Origin: Lysobacterales bacterium
Lineage (GTDB): Bacteria; Pseudomonadota; Gammaproteobacteria; Xanthomonadales; Ahniellaceae
Assembly: GCA_038224265.1 (NCBI GenBank)
Contig: JBBRFN010000001.1
Coordinates: 2,024-66,023 of the forward strand
Length of the DNA stretch: 64,000 bases
Direction of reading: 5' to 3'
Each line of letters begins with the position of its first letter. Within the stretch, counting starts at the first letter, position 1. The position numbers and the translations under genes are program-made. This document shows positions 55,575 to 64,000 of the stretch, one piece after another. Under the pieces are notes generated by a model that saw only the letters and a program-made list of their open reading frames with translations, had not been told where the DNA came from and ran no database searches.

Positions 55575-56902
55575 GCCGATCCGGATTTGCAGGCTGCTGG
55601 CTCGCGATACTTGTCGCCTGCGCGCCGGTTCAGGCGCAGACCGTATGGCTGCGTGCCGGACAGATGCTAGATGTCGAGCGCGGCGTGATGCTGCGCGACC
55701 AGGCGATCGGCATCGTCGATGGACGGATCACGCAATGGGGCCCTGCCGACACCACCCTGCCGGCCGACGTCGTTGCGATCGACTGGTCGGATCACACGGT
55801 GTTGCCGGGCCTTATCGATCTGCACACGCATCTGGTCGGTGATATCCAGTCGGCGAACATCGCAGCTCCGCTGATGAGTTCGGCCGCCCGCGATGCGCTG
55901 GTGGGCGCGGCGAATGCGCGCGCCACCCTGCATGCCGGCTTCACCACGGTGCGCGATGTGGGCTGCTATCGCGCCTTCACCGACGTGGCATTGCGCGATG
56001 CGATCGCCGGTGGTCTGGTCGAGGGACCGCGCATGTTCGTGGCCGGCGCATACCTGACGGTCAGTCAGGGCGGTGGCGAGGTGACTGGTTTGGCGCCGGA
56101 CGTGCGGGTGCCCGACGAGATGCGCCGCGGCGTGGCCGATAGTGCGCTGCAGGTGCGTCAGCGCGTCCGCGAGCTGCTCGGGGGCGGCGCGGATTTCATC
56201 AAGGTGATCGCGACCGGCGCGGTGTTGACCAGCGGCACCACGCCATCGGCGCCCGAGTACAGCGAGGCGCAGCTGCGTGCCGCGGTCGAAGAAGCGGCCC
56301 AGGCCGGCAGCTTCGTGGTCGCCCACGCGCATGGGGCCGAGGGCATCCGGCGCGCAGTGCGCGCTGGTGTGCGTTCGATCGAGCATGGTTCGTATCTGGA
56401 CGATGCTTCGATTGCGCTGATGCGCAAGCACGGCACCTGGCTGGTCGCGGATGTCTACAACGGCGACTACATCGATGAAGTGGGCACTCGCGATGGCTGG
56501 TCGGCGGAGATCCTGCGCAAGAATCGCGAGACCACCGAAACCCAGCGCGCGGGATTCGCGCGCGCGGTACGCGCCGGCGTGGCGATCGGCTTCGGTACCG
56601 ATGCAGGTGTGTTTCCGCACGGCGAGAACGCGCGCCAGTTCGCCTACATGGTGCGTCTGGGGATGACGCCGCTGGCGGCGATCCGCGCGGCCACCATCGA
56701 TGCGGCGCGCTCGCTCGGCCGCGAGCACGAGTTCGGATCGATCGCGATCGGGCGCTCGGCGGACCTGATTGCGGTCAGTGGCGATCCGCTGACCGATATC
56801 GAACTCCTGCGCGACGTGCGCGCGGTAATCAAACAAGGCCGCGTCGTTGTTCCATTGCGTGCAGCGCGCGTCGAAGCTTCGGACTCAGCGCCGACGCGAT
56901 GA
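55571..56902 (+). CDS. exported amidohydrolase family protein
   Basis: The ATG overlaps the Rieske stop (ATGA). The product has a signal peptide (LAILVACAPVQAQ), the metal motif LPGLIDLHTHL, and later AHAHG and GTDAG. Confidence 0.85.
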   Translation: MSRSGFAGCWLAILVACAPVQAQTVWLRAGQMLDVERGVMLRDQAIGIVDGRITQWGPADTTLPADVVAIDWSDHTVLPGLIDLHTHLVGDIQSANIAAPLMSSAARDALVGAANARATLHAGFTTVRDVGCYRAFTDVALRDAIAGGLVEGPRMFVAGAYLTVSQGGGEVTGLAPDVRVPDEMRRGVADSALQVRQRVRELLGGGADFIKVIATGAVLTSGTTPSAPEYSEAQLRAAVEEAAQAGSFVVAHAHGAEGIRRAVRAGVRSIEHGSYLDDASIALMRKHGTWLVADVYNGDYIDEVGTRDGWSAEILRKNRETTETQRAGFARAVRAGVAIGFGTDAGVFPHGENARQFAYMVRLGMTPLAAIRAATIDAARSLGREHEFGSIAIGRSADLIAVSGDPLTDIELLRDVRAVIKQGRVVVPLRAARVEASDSAPTR

Positions 56903-58263
56903 CACCCGGCTCCGGCACGCGGGCTGTCGACACCGACGCGGCCGATGGTGCCGCGACCAGCGCCCGCCCGCGGGTACTCGGCTTCTGGATGTGCACGGCG
57001 CTGGTGGTCGGCAACACCATCGGCATGGGGATCTTCCTGCTGCCGGCAGGCTTGGCACCTTACGGATTCAACGCAACGCTGGGGTGGATCGTCACGCTGG
57101 CCGGGTGCATCGCGCTTGCGCGAGTATTCGCCCGTCTTGCCACCGAGTTTCCGCGCGCCGACGGTCCATTCGGCTACATCCGCAATACGCTGGGCGAAGG
57201 TGCCGCGTTCGTCACCATATGGTGCTATTGGGTGTCGGTATGGGTCACCAATGCCGCGCTCGCGGTCGCGGTGGTGGGCTATCTGCTGGCACTTTTTCCT
57301 GCGGCCGCACCAATACCGCCGGTTGCCATCGCGCTGACGCTGGTGTGGCTTTTCGTCGGGGTTTCCATGCTCGGTGCGCGATCCGGCGGCGCGGTGCAGG
57401 TGCTCACCACCGTGTTGAAGCTGGTTCCGATGTTGGCCGTGATCGGAGTCGGCGCGTGGCTGCTGCTGACCGATCCCGCTGCGCTCGACACCAGTTTGCC
57501 CAGCGCACCGCTGAGCGTGGGTGCAACCATGGCGGCCGCGACCATCGCGCTGTTCGCGATGCTCGGTTTCGAATCGGCGACCCTGCCGGCAGGCCAGGTG
57601 CGCGATCCTGCGCGCACGATCCCGCGCGCGACCCTGGTCGGTACCTTGCTGGTCGCGGCGATCTATGTGGCGGTGTGCACGATACCCATGCTGCTGCTCG
57701 CGCCGGACGTGCTGGCACGATCATCGGCGCCGTTCGTCGACGTGATCGACCACGTGCTCGGCGAAGGCAGCGGGCGCTGGTTGGCCCTGTTCGTGGTGGT
57801 CAGCGGGATCGGCGCGCTCAACGGCTGGACCCTGGTGGTTGGCGAATTGACCCGCACGATGGCCGCGCACGGGGTAATGCCTGCAGCTCTGGCGCGCGTC
57901 AACCGGCGCGGTGCGCCGGTGCTTGCCTTGCTGCTGACGGGATTGCTAGCCAGCGCCATGGTGACGATGAGCTACAGCAAATCCATGGTGCAGGGTTTCG
58001 TGTTCCTGAGCACGGTGGTGACCGCGGCGAATCTGCCGCTTTATCTGTTCTGTTCCATTGCCCTGATGGTCGTGTGGCGGCGTGGTGGGCCAGTCGCGCC
58101 GCCCGGCGTGCTGCTGTTCGCCGTCCTCGGCGCTGCCTTCGCGGTGTTTGCGTTCGTGGGAGTCGGCAGCGAGCCGTTCAAATGGGCCTTGGCGCTTGCC
58201 GCCGCCGGCATTCCGGTCTATGTCGCCATGCGCCTGCGGCGGCGCGCGACACCTTCGGCATAG
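56899..58263 (+). CDS. APC superfamily amino acid / polyamine permease
   Basis: The ATG overlaps the amidohydrolase stop (ATGA). The 454-aa product has about 12 TM helices and the GNTIGMGIFLLP motif typical of APA/AdiC-PotE-like antiporters. Confidence 0.85.
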   Translation: MTPGSGTRAVDTDAADGAATSARPRVLGFWMCTALVVGNTIGMGIFLLPAGLAPYGFNATLGWIVTLAGCIALARVFARLATEFPRADGPFGYIRNTLGEGAAFVTIWCYWVSVWVTNAALAVAVVGYLLALFPAAAPIPPVAIALTLVWLFVGVSMLGARSGGAVQVLTTVLKLVPMLAVIGVGAWLLLTDPAALDTSLPSAPLSVGATMAAATIALFAMLGFESATLPAGQVRDPARTIPRATLVGTLLVAAIYVAVCTIPMLLLAPDVLARSSAPFVDVIDHVLGEGSGRWLALFVVVSGIGALNGWTLVVGELTRTMAAHGVMPAALARVNRRGAPVLALLLTGLLASAMVTMSYSKSMVQGFVFLSTVVTAANLPLYLFCSIALMVVWRRGGPVAPPGVLLFAVLGAAFAVFAFVGVGSEPFKWALALAAAGIPVYVAMRLRRRATPSA

Positions 58264-58337
58264 GGCAGGGCGCTCGCCACGCAGAGCGAACCCATGATGC
58301 TTGCAACTGCGTGTTCGCAACAACGGCCAGGCGAGGT

Positions 58338-59297
<960 letters not shown>

Positions 59298-59406
59298 CGG
59301 ATAATGTCGTGAGGGCGAAGAACGGGAGTGTACGGAAAATGCAGGTCTTGCGGATGTCCGAGCCGCGCGCGGGTGCAACGCCACGCAGTATCGCGCGGGG
59401 CGTCAG

Positions 59407-59862
59407 TTGAGCCCGGCGCGGTCGCTGTGCGTGGTGCTCGACACCAACGTGCGCCTGGATCTGTTCGTGTTTGCCACCCCGCGCGCCGCCGGATTGGGCG
59501 CGGCACTCGAAAGCGGCCGACTGCGCGCAGTGTGCAACGCCGAGTGTCGCTCGGAGTGGGAGGCGGTATTGGCCTATCCGAAGCTGCGTCTGGATGCCGA
59601 CCAGCAGGCTGCGGCGCGCGCCGCACATGATCGCCTGGTGTGCATCGATGCGTCTGCGCCCCAGCAGCATGCAGCGGTTGCGGCGCTACCGCGATGCCGC
59701 GATCCCGACGATCAGAAATTCGTGCAGTTGGCTTACGACATCGGGGCGGCGGGACTGCTCACCCGCGATGCCGAGCTGCTGCGCCTTGCGCGCCGGCTTG
59801 CGGCGGGATTCGGCATCGCGGTGCTGCAACCGCAGGACTTCGCACAGCTTTTGATCGACTGA
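59407..59862 (+). CDS. PIN-domain protein (PIN_3 / TIGR00305-like putative toxin)
   Basis: VVLDTNV near the N-terminus and RDPDDQKFVQLA...LLTRD are acidic-residue contexts typical of this PIN subfamily. The TTG start is uncertain. Confidence 0.65.
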   Translation: MSPARSLCVVLDTNVRLDLFVFATPRAAGLGAALESGRLRAVCNAECRSEWEAVLAYPKLRLDADQQAAARAAHDRLVCIDASAPQQHAAVAALPRCRDPDDQKFVQLAYDIGAAGLLTRDAELLRLARRLAAGFGIAVLQPQDFAQLLID

Positions 59863-59867
59863 GCGTT

Positions 59868-61358
59868 TCAGCGCCGGGCAGCCGCGTACTCCTGCTGCAC
59901 CTGATCGAAAGTTTGCCGCACGGCGGCCGACGGTGCGGCACCGAGCCGCGAGACCACCACGATCGCCAGCGTCGCCAGCAGCACCCCGGGCACCATCTCG
60001 TAGAGCCCGAACGGTGTGTATTGTTTCCACACCAGCACCACTACGGCGCCTACCAGCATGCCGGCCAGCGCGCCATTGCGGGTCATGCGTGGCCACAGCA
60101 ACGACAGCACCACCACCGGCCCGAACGCGGCGCCGAATCCCGCCCACGCGTAGCTGACCAGATCCAGCACGCGATTGTCGGGATTCCATGCCAGCCCGAT
60201 CGCCAGCAGCGCAACGGCGACGAGCGTGAGGCGCCCGATCCAGACCAGCTCGCGCTGGCTTGCGCGCGGGCGCAGGAAAGCCTTGTAGAAGTCCTCGGTC
60301 AATGCGCTGGAGCACACCAGCAGCTGGCAGCTGAGCGTGCTCATGATCGCTGCCAGCACGGCGGCGAGCAGCAGGCCGGCGACCCACGGGTTGAACAGTT
60401 CGCGCGATAGCATGATGAACACGCGTTCCGGATTGGCATCGACGATGGCTTTCGCCTCCGGATGCTGCAGGAAATACGCGATTCCGAAAAATCCGCAGGC
60501 CATGGCGCCGGCGAGGCACAGGATCATCCAGGTCATCGCGATGCGTCGTGCCGGAGCGATGGCCTGCACCGAGCGCGCGGCCATGAAGCGGGCGAGGATG
60601 TGCGGTTGGCCGACATAGCCCAAGCCCCAAGCCATCAGCGATACGATGCCGATCACGCTGGTTCCGTGGAACCAGTCGACGCGCTGCGGATCGAACTGTT
60701 CGATCAGGGCGATGCTCTCGCCCACGCCGCCGCCGGCAGCGATCACCACTACCGGCGCGATCAGCAGCGCGAAGATCATCAGGCTTGCCTGCACGGTGTC
60801 GGTCCAGCTCACGGCGAGGAATCCACCCAGCGCGGTGTAGACGATGGTGGCTGCGGCACCCGCCACCAGCGCGGTCGGGTAGCTGACGGTAAACAGGCTC
60901 TCGAACAGGCGCGCGCCGGCAACGATGCCGGAAGCCGAATAGATCGCGAAAAATACCAGGATCACCAGCGCCGACAGGATCCGCAGCAGGCGGCTACGAT
61001 CCTCGAAGCGGTGGGTAAAATAGTCGGGCAGGGTGAGCGCGTTGTTGGCGCGTTCGGTGTAAACGCGCAGCCTGCCTGCGACGAAACGCCAGTTGGCCCA
61101 CGCACCGAGCACCAGGCCGATCGCGATCCACGCCTCGGAGGCGCCACTGGCATACAGCGCGCCGGGCAGCCCCATCAGCAGCCAGCCGCTCATGTCGGAG
61201 GCGCCTGCTGCCAGCGCGGTGACCAATGGGCTGAGGCTGCGGCCGCCGAGGATGAAGTCGTCGAAGCTCCGCGTGCGCCACCAGGCCCAAAAGCCGATGG
61301 CGACCATGCCAAGTATGTAGACCGCGAAGGTAACGAGGGTGGGCGTGCTGGCGGTCAT
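59868..61358 (-). CDS. putP: sodium/proline symporter
   Basis: The 496-aa SSS-family product has the characteristic N-terminus (FAVYILGMVAIGFWAW...FILGGRSL...AGASDMSGWLLMGLPG). Confidence 0.92.
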   Translation of the reverse strand: MTASTPTLVTFAVYILGMVAIGFWAWWRTRSFDDFILGGRSLSPLVTALAAGASDMSGWLLMGLPGALYASGASEAWIAIGLVLGAWANWRFVAGRLRVYTERANNALTLPDYFTHRFEDRSRLLRILSALVILVFFAIYSASGIVAGARLFESLFTVSYPTALVAGAAATIVYTALGGFLAVSWTDTVQASLMIFALLIAPVVVIAAGGGVGESIALIEQFDPQRVDWFHGTSVIGIVSLMAWGLGYVGQPHILARFMAARSVQAIAPARRIAMTWMILCLAGAMACGFFGIAYFLQHPEAKAIVDANPERVFIMLSRELFNPWVAGLLLAAVLAAIMSTLSCQLLVCSSALTEDFYKAFLRPRASQRELVWIGRLTLVAVALLAIGLAWNPDNRVLDLVSYAWAGFGAAFGPVVVLSLLWPRMTRNGALAGMLVGAVVVLVWKQYTPFGLYEMVPGVLLATLAIVVVSRLGAAPSAAVRQTFDQVQQEYAAARR

Positions 61359-61458
61359 GTGGTACCGAACGCATGGGTAGTCGATGCCGGATCAGAAACG
61401 ATGCGCGCCGCGGCGTCAACCATGGATGCCTTGCCCGGTGCCGGTTTCGACGCGCAGC

Positions 61459-62346
61459 CTACGCGGGCTGCGGCCACTGCAGCGTGCCATCGATGATCGT
61501 GTGAGTCATGCCACCAACCCACACCGCGCCGTCCGCATCGATGGCGATATCCAGCGTTGCATCGTGTCCGATCTCCCGCCCTTGGCTGACGCGGTATCCG
61601 CCAGCCAATGGGCCCTGCGGTTCGCATGCGCGGATGCGAGCTGCGATCAATCCGTTGGCCGCACCGGATGCCGGGTCTTCGGCAATGCCGACACCGCAGG
61701 GAAAGGCGCGCACCACGATGCCGCGAGCGTCGTTGCTTGCCCGCGCAAAGAGGGCGAGGCCGAGACTGTCGCTCGCGGCCGCCAATGCTGCAATCTGCGC
61801 GTGTGGGGGGCTCCAGTCGCGCAGCGCCGCTTCGTGCGCAAGCTCGGCGATCCACCAGCGCCGCCCGCCCTCGACCAGCGCTGGTGTTATCTCGCCCAAC
61901 GGCAAGTCGGCGAGGATTTGCGCGAGCTCCGGCGCGATATCGGGCGCCACGCGCAATGTGCGAGCCGAGGGCGCCTGCACCGCGATCCGCCGCGCTTCTG
62001 CATCGCCGGCGACCCGCAGCGGCAACAGGCCGCTGGCGCATTCCTGCATCAACAACCCGTCGCGCGGCTGCGCCAAGTGCAACGCGAGGACTGCATGCGC
62101 GGTACCGACGCTGGGGTGGCCGGCAAAGGCGATCTCGCGCGACGGGGTGAAGATGCGCAGGCGATAGTCCGCGCGCGGGTCGGTTGCGGGCAGGATGAAG
62201 GTGGTCTCCACCAGTTGGGTCCATGCCGCAAACGCCTGCATGCGGCCGCTGGTCCAGCCATCGGCCCCAATCACCACGCCGAGTGGATTGCCGCCACCGG
62301 GGCGTTCGCTGAACACGTCGAGTTGCAGAAAGCGCAGGCTTCGCAT
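61459..62346 (-). CDS. PhzF family phenazine-biosynthesis-like isomerase
   Basis: The 295-aa product has LQLDVFS...GGNPLGVV, ETTFI and IAFAGHPSVGTAH. Confidence 0.88.
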   Translation of the reverse strand: MRSLRFLQLDVFSERPGGGNPLGVVIGADGWTSGRMQAFAAWTQLVETTFILPATDPRADYRLRIFTPSREIAFAGHPSVGTAHAVLALHLAQPRDGLLMQECASGLLPLRVAGDAEARRIAVQAPSARTLRVAPDIAPELAQILADLPLGEITPALVEGGRRWWIAELAHEAALRDWSPPHAQIAALAAASDSLGLALFARASNDARGIVVRAFPCGVGIAEDPASGAANGLIAARIRACEPQGPLAGGYRVSQGREIGHDATLDIAIDADGAVWVGGMTHTIIDGTLQWPQPA

Positions 62347-62440
62347 CGATGCAGGATACCGGAGTGCTCACGCTGAGTCGAAATAGCCGAAGGCCTGCAG
62401 CGGCGTGGCACAATCGACGCACTCGCGTGGAGCACACCTG

Positions 62441-62989
62441 ATGTTGAATCCCGGCGACGGTCTGAGCACCTCGCGCCTGCAACTGCGCCGCTTCACCGGC
62501 GACGATGTGGACACCCTGTATCGCCTGTACGGCGATCCCGGCGTCATGCGTCATGCCGGTGGCGTACTGGATCACGACAAGGCCAGCGTGATGATCCGCG
62601 AGCGCATCCTCGACTACTACGGCCAGCATCCGGGGCTCGGTGTCTGGGCCACCATCGAAAGCGCGACCGGTACCTGCGTGGGCTTGCACCTGCTCAACCA
62701 CATCCGCGGCGCGCAACACATCCAGATCGGCTATCTGTTGTTCCCGCAGTTCTGGTCGCGCGGCTATGCCACCGAGATGGCGCGCGAGGTGCTGCGCTAC
62801 GGTTTGCAGACGCTGCGTTTGTCGCAGGTCGCGGCCATCGTGGACCTCGACAACCTCGCCTCGCAGCACGTGTTGCTCAAGATCGGCATGCAGCGCGATG
62901 GCGAGCGTCACTTCGCAGCCTACGGTCCGAAGCCGCTGGCGTGGTTCACGCGCGATGCGCCGGCCGCGATCGGCGCTCGCGAGCACTGA
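62441..62989 (+). CDS. GNAT family N-acetyltransferase (RimJ/RimL-like)
   Basis: ATG 62441 lies inside ORF 62405..62989. The product has the LQLRRFTGDD opening typical of RimJ-like enzymes and WSRGYATEMA. Confidence 0.82.
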   Translation: MLNPGDGLSTSRLQLRRFTGDDVDTLYRLYGDPGVMRHAGGVLDHDKASVMIRERILDYYGQHPGLGVWATIESATGTCVGLHLLNHIRGAQHIQIGYLLFPQFWSRGYATEMAREVLRYGLQTLRLSQVAAIVDLDNLASQHVLLKIGMQRDGERHFAAYGPKPLAWFTRDAPAAIGAREH

Positions 62990-62992
62990 CCC

Positions 62993-63934
62993 ATGCAGCA
63001 GCGTGCGCTGGGCCGTACGGGAATCATGCTGTCCGAGCGTGGCTTCGGCGCATGGGCAATTGGCGGCACCAGCTACGGCGCGGTGGATCGCGCGGAATCG
63101 TTGCGTGCACTGGCGCGCGCCGACGAACTCGGCTGCAATTTCTTCGATACCGCGATGGTCTACGGCGACTCCGAGGTGCTGCTCGGCGAGTTCCTGCGTG
63201 GCCGCCGCGCGCGCATGGTCGTGGCCAGCAAGTACTCGGGCCAGCCCGAGGGCATGCAGGCCACGCTGGAACGGCAACTGCAGCGACTGGGCACCGATTG
63301 GATCGACTACTACCAGATCCACTGGGCACCCTCGACCGCCGAAGAGGCGCTGTACGAGCAGCTGTTGCGCCTCAAGGCCGCCGGCAAGGTGCGCGCGGTG
63401 GGTGTGTCGCTGAAGAACGCCAATGATGTCGATCGGGTGCTCGCGCACGGTTACATCGATGGCGTGATGCTGCGTCTGAGCCTGCTCGACCCTGATCCCT
63501 TCGTGCTGTGCCGCGCACGCTTGCGCGAGGCGGGCATCGCCGTGGTGGTGCGCTCGGCCTTGCGCGAGGGTTTCCTGGCCGGCAAATTCACCCGCGCTGC
63601 CGTGTTCGCCGATCCGGCCGACCAGCGCGGCGAATGGAGCCGCGCGCAGATCGCCGCCACGGTCGCGCAGGTCGAGCAGTTCCGCTTTCTCGAACAGGAA
63701 TCCGGGGGGCTCGCGTGGGCAGCGATCCGCTATGTGCTGGGATTCCCGGAGGTCTCTACGGTCGCGGTCGGAATCCGCAGCGTGGCGCAGGCCGAAGCCG
63801 CGTTCTCGGCAACCGCTTCGCCGCCGCTGTCCGACGTGCAGTTGGCCCGGATCGCCCAGATCCAGTCGCAACTGGGCCTGCGCCCCGGTTGGCGCCGCCT
63901 GCTACGGCGCGTGCTGGATCGCTTGCGGCGCTGA
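62993..63934 (+). CDS. aldo/keto reductase
   Basis: The 313-aa product has LGRTG...GFGAWAIGG, FFDTAMVYG and IDYYQIHW. Confidence 0.9.
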   Translation: MQQRALGRTGIMLSERGFGAWAIGGTSYGAVDRAESLRALARADELGCNFFDTAMVYGDSEVLLGEFLRGRRARMVVASKYSGQPEGMQATLERQLQRLGTDWIDYYQIHWAPSTAEEALYEQLLRLKAAGKVRAVGVSLKNANDVDRVLAHGYIDGVMLRLSLLDPDPFVLCRARLREAGIAVVVRSALREGFLAGKFTRAAVFADPADQRGEWSRAQIAATVAQVEQFRFLEQESGGLAWAAIRYVLGFPEVSTVAVGIRSVAQAEAAFSATASPPLSDVQLARIAQIQSQLGLRPGWRRLLRRVLDRLRR

Positions 63935-64000
63935 GTCCGCGGGCGTCGCCGCCAGCTGCATCGCGCAATCGACGCGGCCGCGCGCGCGGACAGGTAGAAT

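Noticed and set aside
61355-63871. 838-aa minus-strand ORF covering phzF, the GNAT gene and the aldo/keto reductase gene
   Set aside because: It overlaps three recognisable genes on both strands. It runs in a different frame from the same-strand phzF gene and antisense to the two plus-strand genes. Its sequence is Arg-rich with no domain signatures.

Overview
This is a high-GC chromosomal segment. Gene content suggests a Xanthomonadales-like gammaproteobacterium (three TonB-dependent receptors, a TPR-sulfotransferase, long-form IspG), but that taxonomic placement is inference. I support about 57 protein-coding genes and found no rRNA, tRNA, CRISPR array, transposase or integrase.

The main theme is branched-chain acyl-CoA metabolism:
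- a leucine/isovalerate (liu) cluster with liuA, a thiolase, liuB, liuC, liuD and liuE
- an HSD17B10-like short-chain dehydrogenase
- the fused isobutyryl-CoA mutase IcmF

The liu cluster is unusually built:
- feoA, feoB and a Cys-rich membrane gene sit inside it on the opposite strand.
- A lipoprotein gene overlaps liuD and liuE by 4 nt on each side.
- Three tandem TPR/GT41 (O-GlcNAc-transferase-like, SPINDLY-type) paralogues start only 16 nt after liuE.

Other content:
- an EF-P-like protein (EfpL/YeiP)
- a LOV-like PAS/AGDEF diguanylate cyclase
- a DUF4331 plus TPR-lipoprotein pair
- a CHASE4-PAS-PAS histidine kinase with no partner response regulator
- a tetR-nnrU pair
- a locus of TPR-sulfotransferase, TonB-dependent receptor, Rieske oxygenase, amidohydrolase and APC permease
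- putP, phzF, acetyltransferases and an aldo/keto reductase

Non-genic structure worth noting:
- a 165-bp element bounded by perfect 30-bp inverted repeats
- a perfect 34-bp direct repeat bracketing a 1.67-kb segment
- several perfect palindromes in promoter regions
- two unusually long spacers with no credible ORF

No system of clearly new type is proven. The best candidates for unexplored biology are the coupled triple GT41 array, the DUF4331/TPR pair and the repeat-bracketed segment. Many very long ORFs in the track are antisense shadows typical of high-GC DNA, and I rejected them.
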